64,000 nt of DNA from Lentimicrobiaceae bacterium (GTDB taxonomy: Bacteria > Bacteroidota > Bacteroidia > Bacteroidales > JAGONC01). The notes below the pieces were generated by a model. That model was not told the DNA's origin and did not search any database. It was given only the letters and a program-made list of their open reading frames with translations. This document shows positions 19,294 through 28,611 of the stretch, in pieces (position 1 is the first letter of the stretch; each line of letters starts with the position of its first letter). The position numbers were made by a program, and so were the translations under genes. The stretch is from positions 24,873 to 88,872 of the forward strand of contig JAGONC010000004.1 in NCBI GenBank assembly GCA_017993235.1, given 5' to 3'.

Positions 19294-20645
19294 TTCCACT
19301 CCAAAAGAAATGCATTCAAACCGGGATCAACCACCTGCATCTTCCAGGGATTATCTACGTGGTCCTGAGTCTTTTTATCGGCATACATGGCAGTGTTGGA
19401 CAGCCTTTTCTGAGCCTTGACGATGCAATGAAAACAGGTCTTGAAAATAATTTTGGAATACGGATCATGCGTAACGAAGCCACCATTGCAACCAACAATG
19501 ACACTCCGGGAAACGCTGGCTTTTTACCAGAGATCAGCATATCCGGGGGCTACGAAACGAGTGTAAAGCATTCAGATATCAAGGTCATATCAGGAATGGA
19601 ACTTGACGAAAACGCCGCCAGTTCAAACTGGGTGGATGCAGGTGTTTTCCTGAACTGGACACTGTTCGACGGAATGAACATGTTCGTCAACCGGGACCGG
19701 CTGGTCACACTGGAACAGATGGGTGAACTTGAGGTCAGGATCACCATGGAAAAGATCTTATCCCGGATTATCATTGTCTATCATGATATCGTTAGGAATC
19801 AAATGATGGAGAATGTACTCAGGGAACAGGTGGAACTGTCGCGCGAAAGGACACAGATCGCTGAAACCAGGAGCAGCATTGGTGCCGCTTCGGAACTGGA
19901 GTACCTCAGAGCGCAGGTCGATCTGAATGCGGACGAATCGGCATTGATCCAGCAGCAGGCATTTACGGAAAACGCACGTATCGCCCTGAATGAATTGCTG
20001 GCCATGGACATCTCGCTCACCTTTCAGGTGGAAGATACGATCCTTTTGCAGGAAAACCTGGATATTCAGGCGTTAAACGTAACCTGCCTGGCACAAAACA
20101 CGGAAATACAACAGGAAAAGTACAAGTCGGAACTTGACCGCTTGGATCTTAAGAGTTACGAAGGTGCCCGTTATCCGGTACTTTCTCTTTATTCGGGTTA
20201 TAATTTCATGGAAAACGAAACCGAAGCTTCATTCATTGAATACAATCGTCAACTTGGACCTTATGTGGGCCTTTCGCTTCAGTTTACCCTCTTTGATGGG
20301 ATGAATCGCCACCGTGAGGTCCAAAATGCCCGTATCCAAATTGAAAATGCTGAACTGAGCCAGCAGGAACTGGAGCTGGCAGTTTTGTCCAGACTTGGTC
20401 AGCATTTCAATCAGTACAAAAGCGAATTGAGCGTGATCGATCTGGAAAACCACAACCTGAGCCTTGCCGAGAAGAATATGGATATTGCAGGCGAGAGCTA
20501 CCGGATTGGATCTCTTTCTTCGATTGATTTACGCGAAATTCAGGAAAACCTGCTTGAAGCCCACAGCAGGCTTATCACTGCATTATTTCGTGTGAAGGTA
20601 CAGGAAACTGAATTATTACGACTCAGCGGAAACCTCCTGCCCTAG
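19290..20645 (+). CDS. TolC-family outer membrane efflux protein
   Basis: ATGA overlap with the permease. Duplicated coiled-coil/beta OEP repeat organisation. Confidence 0.85.
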   Translation: MIPLQKKCIQTGINHLHLPGIIYVVLSLFIGIHGSVGQPFLSLDDAMKTGLENNFGIRIMRNEATIATNNDTPGNAGFLPEISISGGYETSVKHSDIKVISGMELDENAASSNWVDAGVFLNWTLFDGMNMFVNRDRLVTLEQMGELEVRITMEKILSRIIIVYHDIVRNQMMENVLREQVELSRERTQIAETRSSIGAASELEYLRAQVDLNADESALIQQQAFTENARIALNELLAMDISLTFQVEDTILLQENLDIQALNVTCLAQNTEIQQEKYKSELDRLDLKSYEGARYPVLSLYSGYNFMENETEASFIEYNRQLGPYVGLSLQFTLFDGMNRHREVQNARIQIENAELSQQELELAVLSRLGQHFNQYKSELSVIDLENHNLSLAEKNMDIAGESYRIGSLSSIDLREIQENLLEAHSRLITALFRVKVQETELLRLSGNLLP

Positions 20646-20659
20646 GCGGGTATCTAAAT

Positions 20660-20956
20660 CTAGCAACCTTTTTTCCACCTGCAGCCTGACCTTGTTCCAC
20701 CGCCATAGAAGATCATTGCTCCCAGGATGAATCCCAGGTTGTACAATTTTCCAACATTATTGACCTCATAAATGGTCACCTGGTCGTTGAATAAACTGAT
20801 GATGAAGGTGAAGAATGAGATGAATCCATGCCAGAGTCCGGCCCAGAAATTGGCGACGGTGGTGTCGAATTTTTCATTTCCCGGTGCGCAGGAGGTCATG
20901 ATCAGTAATAATCCAATGGATAACAGGATCGGGTAATTGAAACTGAATTTTTTCAT
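20660..20956 (-). CDS. Small hypothetical membrane lipoprotein
   Basis: 98 aa. Lipobox-like LIMTSC and two further TM segments. 4-nt overlap with the upstream gene. Confidence 0.45.
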   Translation of the reverse strand: MKKFSFNYPILLSIGLLLIMTSCAPGNEKFDTTVANFWAGLWHGFISFFTFIISLFNDQVTIYEVNNVGKLYNLGFILGAMIFYGGGTRSGCRWKKGC

Positions 20957-21438
20957 TGTTTATCGGATTGATTATTTTTGGTAGCACTTCTTATTGCTGT
21001 GACCAGCTCTGTCAGAATAGAGATCAGGGATAGGATCATCATGACAAGGAGGATGATTTTTACAATCTTGTTCAACTGATCTGTCGGAAAGTTAAAGGGG
21101 AAGATCACATAAAACATGATGGTCATAAGGGCAAAAAAGATATTGGTCATCGCTTTCAACAGATGCCGGAACCACGCTGGATCATATACCAGGAAGACAG
21201 CATGGGCAATGATTGACGAATAGAAAGATAGCCGGATGTACCAGAGAACATCGTTGTACGATTCCGTCAGGAAGGGTACATTCCAGTCGTAGAGATGCAG
21301 AAAAACATAAAAGAAACCAAACAGGATTATGATGGTCACAATATAACCCAAACGCCTGGCAGGCCACGAATGAATGTTTTTTGGATCTTTGTCCATATAG
21401 GTGAAGAAAGAATATATAAAAGTAAATAAAATGTTCAA
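20953..21438 (-). CDS. Hypothetical membrane protein
   Basis: 161 aa, 4-5 TM. The start could instead be M15 (21396). Confidence 0.45.
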   Translation of the reverse strand: MNILFTFIYSFFTYMDKDPKNIHSWPARRLGYIVTIIILFGFFYVFLHLYDWNVPFLTESYNDVLWYIRLSFYSSIIAHAVFLVYDPAWFRHLLKAMTNIFFALMTIMFYVIFPFNFPTDQLNKIVKIILLVMMILSLISILTELVTAIRSATKNNQSDKQ

Positions 21439-21513
21439 TTATATTATTATTAAGTTCAAATCAAGTAAAATTTTTTCTTTTTTTGTGTATCTTTGATCCT
21501 TAAAGTGATGATT

Positions 21514-21906
21514 ATGCAACTTAGTGGAAAACTCATATCTATATTACCTGAAATCCATGGGGAAGGGAGGAACGGACCTTGGAAGAAGCAGGAATTCATT
21601 ATCGAAACAGAAGAAAATTACCCAAAGAAGATCTGTATCTCAAACTGGAATGATCGTGTAGGATTAACCCAGGATCTACTCTATAAGACGGTGAAGGTCG
21701 ATGTTACAGTGGAAAGCCGGGAATTCAACGGAAGGTGGTATACGGATTTAAGAGCGGTGACCATGCAGGTTGAAAAATCAGCCGTTCAAGCAGGGGAGGA
21801 GGTGAGCCTGCCTGACCGGATGATCGATGTTCCGGATGAGGTCAATGAATTACGCCCGGACAGTGAAGGTATTCGTAATGAAACAGAAGACGACCTTCCC
21901 TTCTGA
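21514..21906 (+). CDS. DUF3127-type OB-fold-like protein with SSB-like acidic C-terminal tip
   Basis: MQLSGKLISILPE...GPWKKQEFIIET...YPKKICIS matches the DUF3127 pattern. It ends ...NETEDDLPF. The start is trimmed to the ATG at 21514; the track start at 21493 is TTG. Confidence 0.7.
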   Translation: MQLSGKLISILPEIHGEGRNGPWKKQEFIIETEENYPKKICISNWNDRVGLTQDLLYKTVKVDVTVESREFNGRWYTDLRAVTMQVEKSAVQAGEEVSLPDRMIDVPDEVNELRPDSEGIRNETEDDLPF

Positions 21907-21966
21907 TCAGTGAACATTATTCATTGAGAATTGTTTCTTTTATAACTTCTTTTTAATTTAAAGGAT

Positions 21967-22557
21967 ATGAAAAGATTTGGTCTGCTTATTATTGCTTTGC
22001 TTTCCTTCACGCTGGGTGCTTCTTCCCAGGACATTCAAAAAAAGCACACGTTGAATCCTTGCCTGATCATCATTGATGTTCAGAATGCGTTTATGCAGAT
22101 GATGTCAAAGGAAGATCAGGACAATGCGATCCAGATGATGAATTATGCGCTGATGATCTTTCGGCAGCAGAATCTTCCCATCATCAGGGTTTATCATAAA
22201 AGTGCTGAATATGGTGTCATGCCTGGAACGGAAGCTTTTGAATATCCTGAATCCATTCAGATCAGTCAGGGAGACCAGCAGGTGATCAAAACCTACCCCA
22301 GCTCTTTCGTGAAAACCGGCCTTGACTCCCTATTGCATGCCAGGGAAATCAATACGTTGTTCCTGTGTGGACTCAGTGCCGCTGGTTGTGTCCTGGCTAC
22401 CTATATGGATGCTTTCTCCCATGACTACAAGGCATTCATGATCAAGGATGCGATGCTGAGCCAAAATGAAGAATATACCAATCAAATTGAAAATATCTTT
22501 AACGCACTGGACCTTGAGACCGTAATGTTTATGCTTGAGATTGGTATCGATCCGTAG
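21967..22557 (+). CDS. Isochorismatase-family cysteine hydrolase (secreted)
   Basis: CLIIIDVQNAF and LFLCGLSAAGCVLAT motifs. Has a signal peptide. Confidence 0.8.
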   Translation: MKRFGLLIIALLSFTLGASSQDIQKKHTLNPCLIIIDVQNAFMQMMSKEDQDNAIQMMNYALMIFRQQNLPIIRVYHKSAEYGVMPGTEAFEYPESIQISQGDQQVIKTYPSSFVKTGLDSLLHAREINTLFLCGLSAAGCVLATYMDAFSHDYKAFMIKDAMLSQNEEYTNQIENIFNALDLETVMFMLEIGIDP

Positions 22558-22628
22558 GAAAAAGTCAGATGTAATATTATGATTAACATTATTTTAGCGG
22601 AATCAATATGTTAAACCTTTAAAACCAA

Positions 22629-23960
22629 ATGACGATGAAAAAAATGATTACACTAATGTTTGTTCTGAGCGTCAGTATTTTTCTGTCACTTGCTGTTGAT
22701 GCTCAAAATCATTTTGGAAAAAATAAAGACCTGATCGGTGGTCCTTATTATGAAAGGATCGTCAAGCACCTGGCCCCTGGGGATCTACTGGCCGCAGGCC
22801 TACCGCAGAAAATGCATGGCTATAACTGGGAAGATGACTGGATCCTACAATCCTATATGGAAACTTCCTACTATCCTAACGGAAATGTCCATGTCGAAAC
22901 GGACTTTGATATTAATACCGGCGAACCAACCGAGCGGTTTACCTATACATACGACGGAACAGGACGGATTATCGGAATGTTTGGGGAAACCAACGAAACA
23001 GGCACGTGGGAAAATGCAATGAATTACACCATTGCCTATGACTCACATGGAAATCTGAGTGAAATGATCATCAATGTATGGACAGGAGAAGCCTGGATGA
23101 TGATGTTCGGTTCCCAGATGGCCTATACCTATACTAACGAGGGATGGGTGTCTTCGTTGACATCCAAGAATTATGACTTCATGAATGGCTGGCAATGGGA
23201 TGAAAAAGACATCTTTACACTGGACGGTAACGGATACCCGACTCAGATCCTTTTTCAGAACTACCAGGGAGCTTGGGCCGATTCCTCACGGTATATTGAA
23301 ATTGACTGGCATCAATACATTCCCGAGGTGGGTTACGGTGAATTTGAATACTTTGTTGAAGAATTGTGGAACGGTTCCGCATGGATTACAAACATAAGGG
23401 AATCGACCGTATATGACGGCACTGGAGGATATGTCATGACCCGGCAGGAATACCAGGACGGATGGGTGAATCTGTTCCGCGAAACTCTAACGGTACAGAA
23501 TGACCGCCCTACACTTTACAAGTATGAGGATTGGATCGATGGGGCATGGTTACAGTCGGATGGGGAAAAGTACCTTTACACATTTTCCGGAGATAACCTG
23601 ACCGAGGAGATCATCCAGACCTGGGATTCAGGGATATTGAATTATGTGAACTGGTCCAAATATGTTTACAGCGATTTCTTCTATACAACCGGTCAGGAAG
23701 AATTATTTAACGAATTGACCTTTCTTGCATATCCCAATCCGGTAACCAGTGAGATAACCATTCAACTCAAGGGTGACGCATCCGCTGACAGCCAGGTGGA
23801 AATCATGAACCTCACCGGACAGGTGGTTTTTTCCGGCCAGATGGATTTACGTTCATCGAAACCGGTCAGCATTGGGGTCGGCGCATTACCAGACGGTTTA
23901 TATATTATCCAGGTCAGTTCCGACAGTGAATTATTTACGAAAAAGTTTCTGAAGGAATAA
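22629..23960 (+). CDS. T9SS-sorted protein with YD-like repeats
   Basis: Signal peptide. Repeated FTYTYDGTGRII / YTIAYDSHGNL / AYTYTNEGW units. C-terminal T9SS domain (AYPNPVTSEITIQL...GLYIIQVSS...KKFLKE). Confidence 0.7.
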   Translation: MTMKKMITLMFVLSVSIFLSLAVDAQNHFGKNKDLIGGPYYERIVKHLAPGDLLAAGLPQKMHGYNWEDDWILQSYMETSYYPNGNVHVETDFDINTGEPTERFTYTYDGTGRIIGMFGETNETGTWENAMNYTIAYDSHGNLSEMIINVWTGEAWMMMFGSQMAYTYTNEGWVSSLTSKNYDFMNGWQWDEKDIFTLDGNGYPTQILFQNYQGAWADSSRYIEIDWHQYIPEVGYGEFEYFVEELWNGSAWITNIRESTVYDGTGGYVMTRQEYQDGWVNLFRETLTVQNDRPTLYKYEDWIDGAWLQSDGEKYLYTFSGDNLTEEIIQTWDSGILNYVNWSKYVYSDFFYTTGQEELFNELTFLAYPNPVTSEITIQLKGDASADSQVEIMNLTGQVVFSGQMDLRSSKPVSIGVGALPDGLYIIQVSSDSELFTKKFLKE

Positions 23961-23968
23961 CCACGGGA

Positions 23969-25525
23969 ATGCTGCAGATTATTGCTCTTATCATTTTTAT
24001 GCTCACCTCTTTGGTCTCCGTGAGCCAGCATCAGAATATACTGATCGGTGAGGATGTCTATCCGGAGGAACCGACTATTTTTATTGATCCCGGGAATACG
24101 AACCGGATCATCGCAGGCGCCAACATCGATAATGTGTATTTTTCAGATGATGGCGGGTATTCCTGGGATCAATCCACCCTGCAATCAGCATCCTTTGGTA
24201 TATGGGGAGATCCGTGCGTGATCGTTGACACTGAGGGTTACCTGTATTATTTCCATCTTTCCTGGCCTCCGGAGGGAGAGTGGATTGACAGGATCGTTTG
24301 CCAGCGATCAACCGATGATGCGCAATCCTGGAACGATGGCGCCGGTATCGGATTGGTCCTGGGAAAAGTTCAGGATAAGGAATGGGCTGTCGTTGACCGA
24401 ACGAACAACAACCTCTATGTCACCTGGACACAGTTTGATGACTATGGAAGCTCCTATTTCGCTGACAGTACCATTATTCGTTTCTCAAAATCGACGGACC
24501 AGGGACTGACCTGGATGCAACCGAAACGATTATCGCAAGTTGCCGGCAACTGTGTGGATGATGATCTTACGGTAGAAGGCGCTGTTCCATGCATTGGGCC
24601 AAATGGAGAGATCTATGTTGCCTGGTCCGGCCCGGCTGGAATTGTGTTCGACCGCTCGCTTGATGAGGGAGAGACCTGGCTGGAAGAAGATATTTTCATT
24701 TCCGAGCACCCGGGCGGCTGGGCGTACGATATCCCTGGCATTTCGCAATGCAATGGCATGCCCGTCACTGCCTGCGATATCAGTGGCGGACCGTACCATG
24801 GAACCCTATATGTCAACTGGTCGGATCAGCGCAATGGTGAGGATGACACTGATGTCTGGCTGTCAAAATCAACTGACGGCGGAAATACCTGGACTCCGGC
24901 TGTTCGTGTCAACGATGATCCTCCGGGCCGGCAGCAGTTCTTCACATGGATGACCATCGACCAAACCACTGGGATCCTGTATTTTGTATTCTACGACCGG
25001 AGGAACTACACGAATAACCTGACCGATGTGTATATGGCCATGTCAGATGACAGTGGAGAAACCTTCCTGAATTTCAAAGTCAGCGAGACTCCTTTCTTAC
25101 CCGCTTCGTCCATCTTTTTTGGAGATTACACGAACATTTCCGCGCACGATGGTGTGGTAAGGCCTATCTGGACGAGGCTTCATCAGGGAGAGCTCAGTAT
25201 CTGGACAGCGATCATTGATCTGAACTGGGTGGGTGAAGAAAAGCCAGAAATTATGCCCTTTGCTTTAGACCAGAATTATCCGAATCCATATGAGGGCTCG
25301 ACCTATATTTCATTTAAACTGTTTCAGCCTTCCCGGATTACAATTAGGGTGTTCGATACCATGGGAAAAGTGGTAGCGACATTGATCAATAACAAATCGT
25401 TTCCTCAGGGGAAATACATTGAACATTTTGATCCCGTTACTGCAGGGATCCGCCCCGGTATTTATTATTTCTCGCTGACCAGCAACAGCGTGATGATGAA
25501 CCGGAAAATGATCTACATCCAATAG
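23969..25525 (+). CDS. BNR/Asp-box beta-propeller protein (sialidase-like fold) with T9SS C-terminal domain
   Basis: Six SxDxGxTW-type boxes (SDDGGYSW, STDDAQSW, STDQGLTW, SLDEGETW, STDGGNTW, SDDSGETF). T9SS CTD (NYPNPYEGSTYISF...GIYYFSL...KMIYIQ). Confidence 0.8.
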   Translation: MLQIIALIIFMLTSLVSVSQHQNILIGEDVYPEEPTIFIDPGNTNRIIAGANIDNVYFSDDGGYSWDQSTLQSASFGIWGDPCVIVDTEGYLYYFHLSWPPEGEWIDRIVCQRSTDDAQSWNDGAGIGLVLGKVQDKEWAVVDRTNNNLYVTWTQFDDYGSSYFADSTIIRFSKSTDQGLTWMQPKRLSQVAGNCVDDDLTVEGAVPCIGPNGEIYVAWSGPAGIVFDRSLDEGETWLEEDIFISEHPGGWAYDIPGISQCNGMPVTACDISGGPYHGTLYVNWSDQRNGEDDTDVWLSKSTDGGNTWTPAVRVNDDPPGRQQFFTWMTIDQTTGILYFVFYDRRNYTNNLTDVYMAMSDDSGETFLNFKVSETPFLPASSIFFGDYTNISAHDGVVRPIWTRLHQGELSIWTAIIDLNWVGEEKPEIMPFALDQNYPNPYEGSTYISFKLFQPSRITIRVFDTMGKVVATLINNKSFPQGKYIEHFDPVTAGIRPGIYYFSLTSNSVMMNRKMIYIQ

Positions 25526-25526
25526 A

Positions 25527-26438
25527 TCAGTGCGCTGAATAGCTTTTTTCACCTGCCGTGATGCTGATGGCAAGCTTATTCTGATCAGGCGGCAGAGGAC
25601 AGGTGGCAAATTCCGTGAAAGCGCACGGTGGATTGTAAGCTTTATTGAAGTCAAGGATGACATTCCCATCTTCATCGGGGAGAGATGCATCTAAAAAACG
25701 ACCTCCTCCATAAGTTTCCACCGCTGTCGTTTCATCGGCGAAAATGATGAACAAGGACCCGGAACCGGGCTCCTGCACCGGATCGAGGCGGAATGCCTTC
25801 CTGCCCACCTGGAAAGAAAGATAACCGGGTGCCGACAACGTATCCACCGTACCGATCACTGTGGCAATGAGCAAGGTTTTCGGCGGATCATAGGGTACAT
25901 ATTGAGCCGGAATGCACCACGACGGATCCACCGGAAAATATTCCAATCCCCTGAACTCCCTGAGACTTTTGCTGTTGCTGTCGGTAAGACGCAGGGCAAA
26001 GCGATCTCCCCTTTTAATAATATGCCATTTCAACGATCCAAGGGTTAAGTACGTCTGTTTGTCATCACGATCAGTAATCATGCTGATCACGTCTATTGGT
26101 TGTCCTTCATATCGAACATCAGTGCCGTTCTTTATCCTGATGAATATTCTGTCATCCGTAAGATTGATCCACCCGATCGTGTCGGGGCAGGTGCCGCCTG
26201 GAAATATGATATCATTTCCCCTTCCCGCACCAAAACTCTGCTCGCCCTCTTTCAACCAGTAGCGGCCCGCCAGCGCAAGCCATCCATCCGACATGGTCAG
26301 TTCCCTTACCCTGTTTTGTCTCCACGATATCAGGGAATCCTGGTACGCAGGATCCGGTTGAGCCGGATCTGATCCATGATTGCAGGAAAATAAAATCATT
26401 AAAAAAAATAAAAACAAATGAAAATGAAATCGCTTCAT
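25527..26438 (-). CDS. DUF1684-family protein (lipoprotein)
   Basis: The C-terminal AYNPPCAFTEFATCPLPPDQNKLAISITAGEK is the DUF1684 signature. Confidence 0.8.
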   Translation of the reverse strand: MKRFHFHLFLFFLMILFSCNHGSDPAQPDPAYQDSLISWRQNRVRELTMSDGWLALAGRYWLKEGEQSFGAGRGNDIIFPGGTCPDTIGWINLTDDRIFIRIKNGTDVRYEGQPIDVISMITDRDDKQTYLTLGSLKWHIIKRGDRFALRLTDSNSKSLREFRGLEYFPVDPSWCIPAQYVPYDPPKTLLIATVIGTVDTLSAPGYLSFQVGRKAFRLDPVQEPGSGSLFIIFADETTAVETYGGGRFLDASLPDEDGNVILDFNKAYNPPCAFTEFATCPLPPDQNKLAISITAGEKSYSAH

Positions 26439-26690
26439 TGTTCTTCTTTTTGCTGGATTATGATTGCGCTAAAATAGTAATTTCGTCATTCAACACAGGC
26501 ACCGGCAACGGTTGATTCTGCAATAAAAAAAAGTGAATGTCGCTTCAGATCATTTTATACCAGATCGGTATTCTTGTCCTTTGCACACGTATTTGGAATA
26601 CAGCTGGCACAATCTGATTTTTTCCGTGTGATCCGCCGTATTGATGCCATCGTTCTCACCATCAATAAGATGTTGCTCATACTCCATCGT

Positions 26691-27074
26691 TTAATACAGC
26701 TGTAAAAGGTGTCTGAACCAGGCGATAACGACCATGAATCCTTTGGAAACATTTGATATCCTGTACCTGTGCATGATCAGATCTTCTGCCCGGGCCTTTT
26801 TGATTTTGTTGAATAACCTCGTATAATAAAAATAAGTGATGTACACCCCGAAACGTGAGTCTGTATTTAATTTTTTAATTCCGGACAGAGCGACGTCAAA
26901 GTCATTTTGAATATCAATTTCAAGCTCATTTTTTATCTTGTCGTCAAAGCGGGTCATTTCCACCTGGGGAAAGTAAGTTCTTCCCCTGTTGAAGTAGTCA
27001 TCCTTCAGATCCCTGAGAAATCTGGTGATCAGCTTACTGCAGGAAAATGCACTGTCGTTATATAATTCGATCAT
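26691..27074 (-). pseudogene. crtB: C-terminal half only of a phytoene/squalene synthase (crtB-like remnant or split gene)
   Basis: 127 aa. FSCSKLITRFLRDLKDDYFNRGRTYFP aligns to the second Asp-rich region of CrtB (AFQLTNIxRDxxxDxxxGRxYLP). The frame is closed by TGA two codons upstream of the ATG, and the crtI stop lies inside it, so no N-terminal half is present. Confidence 0.55.
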
Positions 27075-28536
27075 GTTTCAGGATTCTTTCGGTTACCAAA
27101 CGGGAACTGATAACGACCATTGGCAGACCGGTGCCGGGCGTGGTTGATGCACCGACATAGAATACATTCGGGAACTTCTCATCATAATTTTTAGGCCGGT
27201 ATGCGCCCATCTGGTTGAGGTCATGAGCCAACCCGAGTCCGCTGCCCCGGTACAGGTTGAAGGCCTTTTCCCAATCCGTGGGATCATAGACGGTTTGGGT
27301 GATGACATAGGAGGAGATATCATAACCGGTGCGTTCGGAGAGATCCAGAATGATGTTCCGGGCCAGCTCCTCGCGGTCGGACCAGTCCGGCTTATACCTC
27401 AGGTCGGGAACAGGGCAGAGGATAAAGACGCTTTCACACCCCTCGGGAGCGGATTCAGGATTGTACCTGGAGTTGACATTAACGTAATAGTAGGGTTTAT
27501 TCAGGCTGATCTGGTTCTTGAAGATCTTTCCGGCGTACTCACGGAAATTGGTACCCAGGAAGTAATTATGATGGTGCAGTGTTTCTATTTTCCCCTTAAC
27601 ACCCAGGTAGATGGTGAAAGGTGCCAGTGTCCATTTCATTTTGTCGAGGTGAGCAGAAGAGAATTCCGGACGTTTAAGGATGGCATTCCTGAACCATGCC
27701 GCATCCGCATTGATCACATAATGATCAGCCGTGTAGGTGTTTCCATTGCTGTCGGTAAATCCTGTCAAGTGGCCATCCCGTTCCGTATAGCCTGTGATTT
27801 CAGTGTTGTAATGTATCTGTGCCCCTTCCTTTTTCAGTTCCTCGAGAAGGTTCTCAACGATCCTGTACATCCCGCCCCTGACTTTGTGATAACCATCATG
27901 AACCATTTCAGTGTACGAAAGGATCGTATAAACGGCGGGCGTGTCAAATGGTGTTGCCCCAAGGAAAAAGGCGACAAGCGAAAATATTTGCTTAACCTCA
28001 TTGGATTCAAAGTAACGATCAAGTTCCGACCAAACATTACGAATCATTTTCGGAGCGTGTTCCCAGGGTACCCTGGTCATTTGACGCAGATAATCCAGCT
28101 TGCCGTCAAAGTTCCTGCGTATGATGATATCTTCCACATCATGAAAGAGTTTCCCTGCTGACTTCAGGTATAGTTTCATCTTTTTTTCGAAGTCAGGTTC
28201 CACATCTTCAAATTCTTTGGCAAGTTTACTGAGATTCTTATGGATCTGATAATTACGCGGGCTGCCGGTAAAGTTGACCGTATATAAGGGGTCAATCTCC
28301 ACAAACTCAAATGGCATCTCCATCCTGCAGTAATTCATCAGTTCCCTGAATTCATAGCTCATACTAAAAAAAGTGGGAGCCATGTCGAACGTGAACCCAT
28401 CTCGTTTCATCTGGTTGAAACGTCCGCCTGCCTGAAAGTACTTGTCGACCATTTCCACCGTGTACCCTTTCTTTACAAGCCTCAGGGCGGTGCATAATCC
28501 TCCCAGCCCGGTGCCGATGATGAGTACCTTTTTCAT
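27058..28536 (-). CDS. crtI: Phytoene desaturase
   Basis: MKKVLIIGTGLGGLCTALRL FAD dinucleotide fold. About 492 aa. C-terminal VGASTTPGTGLPMV motif. The start is trimmed from 28725 to the ATG at 28536. Confidence 0.85.
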   Translation of the reverse strand: MKKVLIIGTGLGGLCTALRLVKKGYTVEMVDKYFQAGGRFNQMKRDGFTFDMAPTFFSMSYEFRELMNYCRMEMPFEFVEIDPLYTVNFTGSPRNYQIHKNLSKLAKEFEDVEPDFEKKMKLYLKSAGKLFHDVEDIIIRRNFDGKLDYLRQMTRVPWEHAPKMIRNVWSELDRYFESNEVKQIFSLVAFFLGATPFDTPAVYTILSYTEMVHDGYHKVRGGMYRIVENLLEELKKEGAQIHYNTEITGYTERDGHLTGFTDSNGNTYTADHYVINADAAWFRNAILKRPEFSSAHLDKMKWTLAPFTIYLGVKGKIETLHHHNYFLGTNFREYAGKIFKNQISLNKPYYYVNVNSRYNPESAPEGCESVFILCPVPDLRYKPDWSDREELARNIILDLSERTGYDISSYVITQTVYDPTDWEKAFNLYRGSGLGLAHDLNQMGAYRPKNYDEKFPNVFYVGASTTPGTGLPMVVISSRLVTERILKHDRII

Positions 28537-28611
28537 GGTTAATTTTTTACAGCAGGTAACAAACATACCGTTTATTTTGTTTACTTGCATACGATAACAA
28601 TCAATAAATTC

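Noticed and set aside
26550-26687. 45-aa ORF (MEYEQHLIDGENDG...CKGQEYRSGIK) directly after the crtB remnant
   Set aside because: It is below any reliable length threshold and has no motif. It could be a chance ORF in the 3' UTR, so it is not called.
27223-28161. 312-aa ORF antisense to crtI
   Set aside because: It is a shadow ORF of a well-supported desaturase gene and has no recognisable motifs.
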